This document shows positions 24,450-37,300 of a stretch of 64,000 nt of DNA, piece by piece. The position numbers and the translations under genes were made by a program. Origin of the DNA: Octopus vulgaris (taxonomy: Eukaryota); NCBI GenBank assembly GCA_951406725.2, contig OX597814.1, positions 153,636,001-153,700,000 on the forward strand, written 5' to 3'. The number at the start of each line of letters is the position of its first letter. Within the stretch, counting starts at the first letter, position 1. The notes below the pieces were generated by a model. That model was not told where the DNA came from, searched no databases, and saw only the letters and a program-made list of their open reading frames with translations.

Positions 24450-27400
24450 TGTGATTGTTGATGGAACAGAAAAAAGTTGCAGTGCAAGCTGTTGGATGAG
24501 ACAAAACTGAACTTGATTGGATAAGCAGTGGAATGTGAATGAGGAGCTATTTAGGTAAAGGCTGTTGTGGAAGTTGTAAAATAGCAGCATGGGACTATGA
24601 AAGAGTCTGATGGAAGGAAATGTTTTATTTAGTACTGTAGAATTGGAAGAGGAAATGTAGATTTCTATTAAAAAAAGGGAGTTTCTTCAATAGCCTATCA
24701 TGAAATTTGAAAATACTAAAATCTTTGGAGTTGGATTGCTCTGAGTTACGAAGGGAAAAAAACTGAATTGGAATTCAATGATTTTACTAAGAGAAATGTA
24801 TCAAAAGTGTGGGAAAGTTGCAAAAGATTATTCCAAGAAAATATTTATTTCAGATGCCACCCAGGAAGGGATGTAAAAGACAAATCTTTTATTCTTTTGT
24901 GAGTTTTGTACAGACAGATTTTTATTTATGAAGGCTGACCTCAGGATAAGAGCTAGACGAAGTGAGAGCTGCAAGACTTTCTGGAGAAGAAATGTATGAA
25001 AGCTGAAAGACCTCTCAGCTAGACACAGGTTCAAAGAAGTACTAGTTGATGCATATGATGTGAAGGAGGATGCAGAGACAACCTGGAATTTCTACATGTG
25101 ATGAGATTCATGACGCCCCCTTGTCAGAAATAGACTGGACCAAGTGATTATAAATAGTAGCAGTTGGAGCGAAGTTTGTGTTAGTTTGAGTTGAGTTCAC
25201 AGTGAAGTCAGAAGGTGTCGGTTGATTAGTTCATTTAGAGTATTGATTGTTGGTTCGTGAAGAGATTGTTGGAGCATTACGTTTTTATTACGGATGCATC
25301 ATTATCTTGTTTACTGTTACTACACTGGTACAGTGTACCTTAACCATCTATCACAATACTGTAGTAGTACTAGGACATTTGGAGATGGAAGATACAACAT
25401 TTGACAATGAAGGTTTTGAAGCTCATGTAGGTTATTTAACAATTTGTTCGTGATACAACTTGTTAAATGATGGAAGACCTATTTACTTCTGTAAGACAGT
25501 TACAAAAGCAACAAGAACAGCAACAGAATTTTACAGAAGCAACTAGTACTTATTGGAGCTATATGCAAAGAAGTTTGAAAATGTGGTAAGTTCATTTTTG
25601 CCAGACTGGGTATCGAACTCCATAAGAGAATTCAGTTATAACTTAGAGGAGGGTATAACTTTTGCAGCATACTACAGAAGATACGAGGAGATTTTTAAAG
25701 AAGATTGCAAAACATGGTCAGACAAAGGAAAAATAAGGTTATTATTATGTAAATTAACTCCATCTGAGAATGAGTGATACAGTAATTTCATATTGCTTAA
25801 AAAGTTTTGTGAAATTTGTTTTCAGGAAACAATCAAATTACTGACTAACATGTTCGGTAATAAAACTTCTCTATTTAATACTTGAATAGAGTGTTGAAAT
25901 TTAACTAAAAAAAAAGAATGATGACTTTGTTATGTGTGCAGGAAGAGTCAGCAGAATGCGTGAAAGTTTTAAACTTAAAGAACTTACTCCTGAGATGTTT
26001 AAGTGCCTAGTTTTTGTACAAGGCCTTACAGCAAATGAAGATACAGAAATATGGACAAGAATTCTTTCAAAGATTTGAACAAGCGAACCAAGATCTAACC
26101 CTGCAGACTGTGGTAGAAGGGTGTCAAAGAATGGTGAACCTGAAACACGATGTAAGAAAAATTCAAGGAAAAGGATTTCACAAAAATACGGATATGTCGA
26201 CCAAGAAAGTATAACCAAAGAATATTGCTAGGTCCTAATCCATGTTTTGAATGTGGAGGCCTATTTGTCCGAAAAGATTGTTTTTTTAAAAACCCAAAAT
26301 GTTACACTTGTCAAAAATTTGGACACAAAAAAGTTCACACTGCAGTACGAAGGTCAAATGTAAAAAATTCTAAAGTGCTCTCAGCAGAAAGTAAAATCGA
26401 CTCCCAAATGAGGAAATTTGTACATGTAAAAGTAAATGTAGTAAATATTAAATTACAACTGGATACTGGTAGTGACATTTTGTCATTCCACATTTCAATC
26501 ACAAAGTATAGTTTGTCACACATCATGTCATCTGCAGTTGTCACCCTTTTACTTAACATAGGTTTCACTATTTTCTGGCATGTGAGGGTGTTAATGATTT
26601 TTATTTCTTTATTGCCCATAGGGGGCTAAACATAGAGGAGATAAACAAGAACAGACAAAGGGATTAAGTTAATTACACTGGGGTTGATGCAACTGACTTA
26701 ATCCCTTTGTCTGTCCTGTGGAGTGGTGTCACATACTGAGGAAAAACTTGCAAGGCAAAAGTTTTCATCATAAAGAACACAACCAATCTTTTTGGTACCA
26801 ACTGGTTGGAGTTATTTGACTTATGGAATGTCCCAATAACCCAGTACTGTAAAAAATTAAATGACTGCCCCACCAGTGATAAGAACTCAGCAGTTGAATT
26901 GAAAAAAAAAATTAATTAAAAGTGTTATATGTAATGTTATTCATGAACTGCCAGTGACAGCACATAATATAAAATTACATTACAAGAATGAAAGAAATGT
27001 TGAAAAATAAGCAAAATAAAAATAAAAATTCGAATAATCTTTCATTGTGCGACGATGTTTTAATATACATGCAAAGAATGGTAATACCAACTGCACTACA
27101 GAAATGAGATTTGCAGGAATTCCACAGTGGACACCTGGGAATGTTGAGAAAGAAAGCCTTAATGAGGAGCTATGTACATTGGCCGACAATGGACAGGGAC
27201 ATTGAAAATTGTGAAAAATCATGTAGAGGTTGTGCACTAGTAGCCAAAGCATCACTGGTGAAATACCAACTGTGGCCTGAGACGGATAGTCCATGGTCCA
27301 GGGTACACATCAACTATGCAGGACTGTTGAACAGCACATACTACCTAATCATTGTTGATAGCAGTTCAAAACGGTCAGAGGTATGCAGGTGCAATAAACC

Positions 27401-30225
27401 AACTGCAAAGACAACAATAAAGTTCCTGTATGAATTATTTGCCTAATACGGTGTTCCAGACACATTGGTATCAGATAACAGAACACAATTTACGGGTAGT
27501 GAATTCAAAAATTTCTGCGAAATACATGCAATAAAGCATATTTTTTACTCTGCCCTATCACCCAAGGTCAAATGGACAGGTAGAAAGATTCATTGATACT
27601 TTCAAGCAAGCGTTAAAACAGCAAGGAATGACATAGGGAATGACAAAATGTTAACAAAATTCTTGAGGGTATATAGAGTAATGCCCAATCTAAATATAAG
27701 TTCAGGAAAGTCTCTGGCAGAGCTAATGTTTGTGTGAAAAATAAAATCGATCTTATTGTTATTGTCAAGAAAAAATACATTTTACGGAAATACAGAAGAG
27801 GCAACAAAACATTTTGAAGTAGGAGATAAAGTTCATTTTAAAATTTACAAAAATGGTAGAGAGGGCTAGGAGGATGGTTTTGTAACTAAAAGATTGGAAA
27901 ACATGATGTATGTAATCAAAGGACGATGTTGGGAACATAAGAGACACCAAAACCAATTAAAGACGAGACATACTGAAAAATGAAAAGAAATACCAATGGA
28001 AGTCTGCTATGACATGTTTGAGGTGCCAGCACTGAAAGAGATTGAGCCTTGTAGAAGCAGCAGTAGAAAAAGGAAACAGACTGTACACTTAAAAATAATG
28101 CCAAAACAAAAGAGATATTAAATTTAAGAAAAAAAAGAGAGAGGGGTAGAGGTGCTGGAAAAATAAAAAATAAAATAAATTTCCCTTATTATGGAAGTCG
28201 AAATCTCAAAAGGGAGATGTTGTGATGAGAGTCATGACACCCCTTGTGAGAAATAGACTGGACTGAGCAATTATAAATAGTGGCGGTCAGAGTGAAGTTT
28301 GTGTGTTAGTTCAAGTTGAGTTCACAGTGAAGTCAGAAGTTAGAAGGTGTCAGTTGGTTAGTTCGTTTGGAATATTGATTGTTGGTTCATGGAGAGATTG
28401 TTAGATTATTACGTTGTTATTGCGGCTGCATTGTTATATTGTTTACTGTTACTACACTGGTACAGTGTATCTAAACCATCCGTCACAATATTGTGGCAGT
28501 ACCACATTTGGAGACGGAGGGTACAACACTACAAAACAATCTTCTGCACAAACCACAAACTAGATTTGCTGATGGAGTAAGGTTCCATCCAGAGAAATGA
28601 TATGGTGGTGAAATAGTAGAGTAAATAGTGCCATGAAAGCTAAAAGTGGGATCCGGAAAAATTAGAAGAATGAAGTGGATTGGTCTGTAGGAGTCTTGTG
28701 CTGGTGTCATGTAAAAAAGCATTTGTGCTGGTGTCATATTAAAAGTATACAGCACGCACTGTAAAAGTGGTTGGCATTAGGAAGAATGTAGAAACTAAGC
28801 CAAATCAGATTGGAACACCTGGTGCAGTTTTCTGGCTTGCCGGCTCTGGTCAAACTGTCCAACCCATGCCAGCAGGGAAAACAGATGTTAAATGATGATG
28901 ATGATGAGGAGGAGGAGGAGGAGGAGGGGGAGGATGACGACGATGACAAAGAGGAAGCAAGGAACAATATCAGGTAGCTACAAAGGAAGCTAGATGTCAA
29001 GTATACTTAGCAAATGGCGAAGTGGAAAGTAACAGGTCTGCTAGTGTTTAGCGATATGAGGATTTATAGGTGTGAGATATTCTAGATTGCAAAGAAGAGT
29101 ATCAGTGTGAATCATGACATCATTGCTGAATAGTGTGCATGTAGTGGTAGTGGCACACTTGCCCTTGGTGATGCCAAGCAGAAAGGACCTGGAAATGTTA
29201 TTATGAGAAGTTGGTGAATGAGGAGCCCTAGTAAATCCAACAGAAAGATCAGCTATTGAATTTGACAACCACGAAGTTAAAAAAGTGATTAAGAATATGA
29301 AGGCAGAGAAAGCAGTTGCATCATTAGGAACACATGCCTGGTTAAGTAGGACATAGAGAGATGCCAGGGAGATGGCCGATAGAATAGCATTATGACCAAC
29401 TGTTACAAAGGCAAAGGAGACCCTCTAAAAAGAAGCACCTAATTGTTGGACGAGGTTATAAAAGTAACAGAGTTTTAATTGAATAGGAAGGGAATTAGCT
29501 TAGATGAGATGCAGTTCAGGTTTGACCAGAAAAGGCTATCACTGATGACCTCTTCTTAGTGAAACAACTGAAGTTCTTAGCTAAGAGTAAACTACTAAAC
29601 ATAATATTAATTGACCCAGAGGGGCTCTTTGACAGGATATCAATTCTGTACTTGGAGGTTGCTAAGGAAACCAAATGTAGATGAATGACTTTCAAAAGCT
29701 ATGCAATCATATACAGAGATACCGTCAACAAAGTGAGAGTTAATTATGAGTTCAGCAAAGATTTTAGAATGTAGGTAGGCGTCCACCAGGGCTCAGTTCT
29801 CAAACGCTTTCTGTTTATTATAGTTTTCTAAGCCATAATAGGAAAGTGTAAGATTGACTGAAAAGAAATAAAAGACAGAATGCCCTGCAAGTTATGTAAT
29901 ATCTGTGTGCACAATATGCTGATAAAATGTACAAATGTACTGATAAAATGAATGCGTATAAGAGAGATCTAATGTAGTGTCCAAGAAAGAAGTCTTTACT
30001 GGTACTGATGTGTGATTCATGTGGAATATGATAGTTAGGTAAAGAAGTATCATGCAATCTAAATGGAATGATCATGAGGAAGAGGAAAACTGACAAAAGG
30101 GGAAAAAGACATGAAAAGAAATAGTGAAAATTGATCTTAAGAGGCTGAGTCTTATGAAAGCGATGGCAAATAATCCCAACATGTGACAAGATGTTGTACT
30201 AATGCAGACCTATCCAACCCATATA
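24450..30225 (+). mobile_element. Highly degenerate RTE-clade LINE interrupted by a Gypsy element and a SINE
   Basis: WW.N..V..A motif at 28600-28640, MQF.F..K...TD..FLVKQL near 29508-29570, VGVHQGSVL..FLFII at 29774-29822, GR..KT..IVK.DL near 30080-30145; left boundary uncertain. Confidence 0.7.
25097..28528 (+). mobile_element. Ty3/Gypsy LTR retrotransposon (K02A2.6/Mag-like), internally deleted, non-autonomous
   Basis: Direct LTRs 25097-25399 and 28221-28528 (TG...CA), 5-bp TSD CTACA on both sides, PPT-like aaaagggaga before the 3' LTR, gag (EEGITFAAYYRRYEEIF), two CCHC-like knuckles, protease LQLDTGSD, integrase H-H-C-C (HSGHLG...CRGC) and core (WSRVHINYAG, HPRSNGQVERF); no RT/RNase H seen. 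Confidence 0.95.
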
Positions 30226-30278
30226 AATGATGACGACGACAGCAACAATTATGATAAGGATGTTGGCAATGATCATGC

Positions 30279-30375
<97 letters not shown>

Positions 30376-30411
30376 CGATGATGATGATGACGATGACGAC
30401 GACGATGATGA

Positions 30412-30491
<80 letters not shown>

Positions 30492-30497
30492 GCGGCA
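30279..30497. repeat. Compound (GAT)n-(GAC)n-(GGC)n microsatellite
   Basis: In-register trinucleotide runs; explains poly-Asp, poly-Met and poly-Ser ORFs. Confidence 0.97.
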
Positions 30498-31067
30498 ACA
30501 ACAGTGGTTTTGTATCAGAGTGCATTCTATCTGAATTTGAGCTTCTTATTTTTCATAAACAATAATATTGTTTATAAGAAGTATGCAGTCAATAGAGGTA
30601 AGAGTTAGGTTAGATTACTGGATGAAAAGAAGAGTTAAACAGAGTTAAGTTAAAATTAAGGACATTCATTGAATGGAATTATGAAACATTGTTGTTGTGG
30701 TTCCTGTGTAATCAATATGAGCTCTGCCTGAACAGGCCTATAAAATGAAGGTAGATAGTGTATGCCTTAATTTGGTCCAGGATCAGTAACACTTATATTA
30801 AGTGATATAGATATTTGCTATAGACCTACAAATGTCAAGAAATAATGGTTTCAAAATTGTAATTACTGTAATTATGTAATTATTACCTAATTATAATGTT
30901 CAGTATACTCTATTTCAGTATCTAATGTATGTCAATTTCTGTGATAGAGTGTTTGGTTGTTTGTGATACAGGGTGAAAGTCAAAGTACATTTTATCCTTG
31001 CCCTGGGAATAAATTACTCTTAGATATATCATCTGCATAGAAAAAAAAAACAATAGTTAAATTAATA

Positions 31068-31088
31068 TCTATATATATAAAACTGAGA

Positions 31089-31121
<33 letters not shown>

Positions 31122-31455
31122 TGTCTTTGTGAATCCCTAAAACTTGAGAACTACACAACCAATTTCATTCAAATTTTACACATGCCTTACTTAGGGTCCA
31201 TGGAGTATCATGGAGAAAAAATTTTTTAACTCCTTGCCTAGGGCGAGCCCATAGCAATATCATATCTTCTCCACAATGAATCCCTAAAACTTGAGAACTA
31301 CACAACTAATTTCATTCAAATTTTACACATACCTTACTTATGGTCCATGGAGTGTCATGGGCAGAAAAATGCCTAGGGTGATCCCACAGCAATATCTTAT
31401 CTTCTCCAATATTTCAGTATTACGTGTTTAAAGTGAAACAAAACATCTCTCTATT
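31068..31455 (+). mobile_element. Non-autonomous Helitron, 5' part with ~147-bp internal tandem duplication
   Basis: 5' TCTATATATATAAAACTG start like the element at 39799; gaatccctaaaacttgagaactacacaa block at 31131 and 31278; 3' CTAG end not found. Confidence 0.6.
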
Positions 31456-31597
31456 GTATGTATATGGATGTATATCATCATCATCATCATCATCATCATC
31501 ATCGTTTAACGACCGTTCTCCATGCTAGCATGGGTTCGACGGTTCGACCGGGGATCTGGGAAGCCAGAAGGCTGCACCAGGCTCCAGTCTTATCTGG

Positions 31598-31655
<58 letters not shown>

Positions 31656-32292
31656 GTATATACATGTATATATATATATATGGATGTATCTATATATATA
31701 TATACATGTATATATATATAGCTGTATAAGTGTACATGTATAGGTATAGCTGTATATGTATAGATGTATTTCTATAGATATACATGTATGTGTATACATG
31801 TATGTCTAGATGTATATATTTATATAGATGTACATGTAATATGTACACATATATACATGCATACATATATACACCCATACACACATACACCCCCCCACCT
31901 TTAACACATACATAGGTGCAGGTGTGGCTGTGTGGTAACAAATTTGGTTCCATAACACATGGTCCTCAGTTCAGTCCCACTGTGTGGTAACTTGGCATGT
32001 GTCTTCTGCTATAGCCTCAGACCAACCAAAGCCTTGTCAGTGGATTTTGTAGCCAGAAACTGAAAGAAATCAATTGTATATATATGTATATATGTAAGTC
32101 TATGTGTATGTCTTTGTGTTTCTCCCTCATCACTGCTTTACAACTGGTGTTCGTTTATTTACATCCCCTTAACTTACTGGTTTCACAAGAAGAAACTGAT
32201 AGAATAAGTACCAAGCTTATCAAAATATAAAAAAGCACTACACAGTGTCTCATATTTTTGTTTGCCCACTCAGTTGTATCTATCAATTTATC

Positions 32293-32357
<65 letters not shown>

Positions 32358-32379
32358 GGATTTCGTAGACAGGAACTGA

Positions 32380-32469
32380 GTCTAGGCCAGTTTCCAGCCA
32401 GCAAGCCTCGGCCGGGCCAGCCAGCCAGACAGCAAGCAAAGGGTGGGCCAGCCAGGCATCCAAAACAGG

Positions 32470-32534
<65 letters not shown>

Positions 32535-33091
32535 GCCAGCCAGCCAGCCAGGGCCAGCCAGCCAGCCAGCCTAGGCCAATTTCCAGCCAGCAAGCCAAAT
32601 CCGGGCCAGCCAGGCAGCCAAGACAGGGCCAGCCAGCCAGCCTAGGCCAGTTTCCAGCCAGCAAATCAAGGCCGGGCCAGCCAGCCAGCCAGCCTAGGCC
32701 AGTTTCCAGCCAGCAAGCCAAAGCTGTGCCAGCCAGGCATCCAAGACAGGGCTAGCCAGCCAGCCTAGGCCAGTTTCCAGCCACCAAGTCAAATCCGGGC
32801 CAGCCAGGCAACCAAGGACTGGCCAGCCAGCCTAGGCCAGTTTCCAGCCAGCAAACCAAGGCCGGGCCAGCCAGGCAGCCAAAACAGGGCCAGCCAGCCA
32901 AGGCCAGTTTCCAGCCAGCAAGTCAAGGCCGGGCCAGCCAGGCAGCCAAAACAGGGCCAGCCAGCCAAGGCCAGTTTCCAGCCAGCAAGTCAAGGCCGGG
33001 CCAGCCAGGCAGCCAAAACAGGGCTAGCTAGCCAGCTTTGAGCAGTTTCCTGCCAGCAAGTCAAGGCCGGGCTAGCCAGGCATCTAAAACA

Positions 33092-33122
<31 letters not shown>

Positions 33123-33228
33123 GCAGCCAGCCAGCCACCCAGCCACCCACCCTAGGCCAATTTCCAGCCAGGCATCAAAAACTGAGCTATCCAGCCAGCC
33201 AGCCAGCCTAGGCCAGTTTCCAGCCAGG
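32380..33228. repeat. GC-rich higher-order minisatellite built on (GCCA)n, unit about 58-70 bp
   Basis: Recurrent aggccagtttccagccagcaag..aaggccgggccagccaggcagccaaaacagggccagccagc, about 11 copies; 32899-32956 repeats exactly at 58-bp offset. Confidence 0.93.
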
Positions 33229-33237
33229 AAATTATAA

Positions 33238-33635
33238 GGTGCAGGAGTGGCTGTGTGGTAAGTAGCTTGCTTATCAATCACATGGTTCCGGGTTCATTCC
33301 CACTACTTTGCACCTTGGGCAAGTGTCTTCTACTGTAGCCTCGGACTGACCAAAGCCTTGTGAGTGGCTTTGGTAGATGGAAACTGAAAGAAGCCTGTTG
33401 TATATATGTATATATATATGTATATGTGTGTGTGTGTTTGAGTCTCTTTGTCCCCCTAACATCACTTGACAACCAATGGTGGTGTGTTTATGTCCCCGTA
33501 ACCTAGTGGTTCAGTGAAAGAGACCGATAAAATAAGTACTAGGCTTCCAAAGAATAAGTCCTTGGGTCGATTTGCTCAACTAAAGGCAGTGCTCCAGTAT
33601 GGCTGTAGTCAAATGACTGAAACAAGTAAAAGAGA
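33238..33635 (+). mobile_element. SINE family A, near full length
   Basis: tRNA-like head (tggctgtgtggtaag...ggttcattccc), internal TA/TG tract, tail gactgaaacaagtaaaagag. Confidence 0.9.
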
Positions 33636-34472
33636 ATACTAGTAATAATTAATATGCTTAGCAAACTTCTGCTCATCTTATGCTCCAGCCCTACAACAGT
33701 GGGTCTCTCATCCATAATAGGGCCACGTCAGATGCCCAACAATATTTTGATATATTTAAAAGTAAACAAAAGGTGTGCCTTGTACACAGGCAATACAGTA
33801 TATATTTCATGGGTTCTCTATTAACTCCCAGTTATCTTATAAGTTTCAAAATAACTGTAGAAGTTCTCCAGAGATATTGTGATTTGTTATCATTTAGCTG
33901 AGGTAAGATGGCAAGCTGGCAGAAACGTTAGCACGCCAGGTAAAATGCTTTGCGGTATTTTGTCCATCTTCTGAGTTCAAATTCCACCGAGGTTGACTTT
34001 TGCTTTTTATCCTTTTGGAGTCGATTAAATAAGTACCAGTTACACACTGGGGACGATGAAAACGACTACACCCCCTCCCCCCAAATTTCAGGCTTTGTGC
34101 TTATAGTAGAAAGGATTATTAAGCTGAGGTGAAATTTGACTGTTACCCACCTGGCAGAGTCAATAAAGGAAAGTACTTGTCAAATTTTCATTGTCATCAT
34201 CTATCCTAGGCTTTGATAGTCCATTGGTGACACTTCTTTTGTGCCACCAATTACTGCCTCCTCACCCCCATGCTCAACTTCCATCCCTCATTCTCATCAT
34301 CATCCCTTTTCACACTATTTTCACTGATTACTTCCTTTCTCAGCCTCCACACATCTCCTCTCCTCCTCTGCCATACCCCATCTTAATACCACACTCACTG
34401 TAGCCACCCTTATCTCCCTCTACATCTCCTGCTCCACTCTCCCTACTTTCTGACCTCTCATCCCTGAGTAAC

Positions 34473-34509
<37 letters not shown>

Positions 34510-34832
34510 CTTAACCACCCACCCTCACCCAAATTGATATCTCCCACCATGCTACACCTCCACCTGTTTCATCACTCACTACACTCATCTCTACCCCCAC
34601 CTCTAACCATCTGTTACTCCTCCCCTCACATTCTTATAACCACACACCCTTCTCCTTTACCCTCCTCATTCACTGACCATGTCCTCTCTTGTGCTCACTT
34701 CCTTGATCCTGGACAGTTTACTCTGGTACTCTTTCACTACCCTCTTTATTTTGTTCTTCTCAGTTACTCCCACCCACCCTTATGAAATTCAGAGTGACCA
34801 TCTCCTCTATAGCATCTAAAGATGCTATAGAC

Positions 34833-35126
34833 TAGTATTTCTCAACCATTTTATCCTTGCATAACCTTTAAAATAAATTACATGTCTCAAGGAAACCTTG
34901 CACAAAAAAAAAAAATTATATACCATATCTTTTACATATTTTTTCATTGTAGCTCACGTGGTAAATATCATATATATATATACCTTTCTGTGGAAGAGCA
35001 TAGGCTCGAAATGTTAAAGACTTTTTCACTTCCCAACCATTACACTAATACATCTGTTTGTTGTCTACACCACCTGTCTTCATCTTTTGTGTTTTTGTGA
35101 ATTCTCCCTGCTCCCCCTATATATAT

Positions 35127-35175
<49 letters not shown>

Positions 35176-35693
35176 TGGTTGTTATATATTTTTGACAACA
35201 TAATAGGTTAGGTAGGATGATATCTATATTACAATATAATAACCAATAATATGTTGAACATCTATAGTAATATTGTTTGTTCCTACTTGAGCCATGCCTG
35301 GCCAATAAGGGCTGGCTTCCCAGTTTCATTGGCATATAGGTTCCCCACCTGGACGGGATACTGGTCTGTTGCAGGCGAGCTGCTAAATGCAGGAGGAGAG
35401 AGTGAGAGAAAGTGGTGGCGAAAGAGTCAGCAGAAGTTTGCCATTACCTTCTGCCGGAGCTGCGTGGAGCTTAGGTGTTTCACTCATAAACACACACATC
35501 ACCTGGTCTGAGATTCGAACCTGCGATCCCTCGACTGCAAAACTGCTGCTCTAACCACTAGAAACATGTGCCTCTATGTATAGTAATATCACAATCATGA
35601 AATTAGCATTAGCTTATCTTACTTTTTCTTGGGGAACCCCCTAGGAACCTTTTGTGAACCTAGGGTTCCGGAGACCCCAGTTGAGAAACACTG
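34833..35693. mobile_element. hAT-type MITE with nested insertions
   Basis: Termini tagtatttctcaac / gttgagaaacactg, 8-bp TSD ctatagac / ctataaac; hosts a hammerhead-like piece and a family D SINE (about 35270-35578, minus). Confidence 0.7.
34984..35019 (+). ncRNA. Degenerate minimal hammerhead motif
   Basis: CUUU-CUGUGGA-A-GAGC(auag)GCUC-GAAA-UG-UU|AAAG; stems I and II intact, core has U in place of A6. Confidence 0.55.
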
Positions 35694-36363
35694 CTATAAA
35701 CCATCTCCTTTATAGCATCATACCTGCTCTTGTCTCTCCATCACACTTTAATCTCCCCACACCTGGCATAAAACCAACATCCCTTCCTTAAAATAGTGCC
35801 CCCACCACTAAGTCAAGGGACCTTTTTCCTTTCCTTGTTCTGCTCCTGTCTTGCAAGTTACTTGGTTGCCTCACTAGTGCTGGTGGCATGAAACAAAGCA
35901 CCCAGTACATGCTGTAAAGGGGTTTGCGTTAGAAAGGGCATAGAGGTGGAGAACGCATGACAAAGCAAATACTGGAGCTTGATGCAGCCCTGCTGTTTGC
36001 TGGGTCCTGTCAAATCAACCCAACCACGGTGCCAGAATGGAAAATGGATGTTTAAACAACGAGGAGAAGGAATGATTACATACACACACACACACACGCA
36101 CACATTTGGAAGGGCATCCAGCCATAAAAACCCTGCCAAAACAGACACAGTAGCCTGGGGTGGTCTTCTACCCGTCCTACCCCTGCATGCATGAAAAACA
36201 GATGTTAAGCAATGATGATGATGATGATGACAACGATGAGAGACATACATGCACACACCCACACACACATAGATGTACACATACACATATATAGCTGCAC
36301 ACACGCACACATATATAGATGCACGCGTGCGCTCACACACGCACACACACACACATGTATATA

Positions 36364-36772
36364 TCTATAATATAAATTGGACATGGGCAATCGTTGTATT
36401 CTTTCTTGTCTTGAGGTTCACAGCCAAACGGCTGGATGGATTTGGGTGAAAAATGGCACACATGTGGAGACGGGTGCATAGATTGGAATGTGGTTTGTAT
36501 TTTTTCCTAGCATCCATACTTACCGAGAAAATCGATTAAAACTTTTTCTAATGGAATTCCCCTCTTTCTTCTGCCATTAAAACAACCAGTTGCTTAGAAG
36601 CTGTTTTCTGATGGGGTGGGGTCAGGAAATTTTCATATAGCTGGAGGCTCCAATCGAAACAGGGGACCCAAAATGATAAGGTTGAGAAACGCTGTTATAG
36701 ATTATGCCTGACTAAAAACGATCACAACCACATAATCCAAACAGACCAGGTGAAACTGGGCTTAACTGCTAG
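36364..36772 (+). mobile_element. Non-autonomous Helitron
   Basis: A|TCTATAATATAAA start; subterminal ccaggtgaaactggg hairpin remnant; ends actgCTAG|T. Confidence 0.7.
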
Positions 36773-36941
36773 TAAACATATAAAAAGCTAACTAGAAAAA
36801 AATTATACCAGGAAATGGAAAAGGATCCAAAACAATATTATTTTGATTCTCTGAGAACATGAACTCTATATTCTGTTGAGGTGATCTAATATGACCAAAA
36901 CATGCCTAGAGTTGTCTCTCATAATTGCCATTAGAATCAAA

Positions 36942-37088
36942 GTGGCTTGCTTACCAACCACATGGTTCTGGGTTCAGTCCCACTGCATGGCACCTTCAGC
37001 AAGTGTCTTCTACTATGGCCTCAGGCCGACCAAAGCCTTGTGAGCGGATTTGGTAGATGGAAACTGAAAGAAGCCCATCGTATGTATG

Positions 37089-37119
<31 letters not shown>

Positions 37120-37300
37120 CTGTGTTTGTCCCCCTGATGCTGGTGTGCTTATGTCCCTGTAACTTAGAGGTTTGGCAAAAGAGACTGATAGAATAAGTAC
37201 TAGGCTTACAAAGAATAAGTTCTGGGTCGATTTGCTCGACTAAAAGCGGTGCTCCAGCATGACTGCAGTCAAATGATTGAAACAAGTAAAAGAGTAAAAG
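36942..37300 (+). mobile_element. SINE family A
   Basis: Close match to 33238-33635. Confidence 0.9.

Noticed and set aside
32155-32721. 188-aa Trp/Leu/Ala/Gly repeat ORF
   Set aside because: Reading of the GCCA satellite; runs into TA/CA tracts and a SINE, no splice support.
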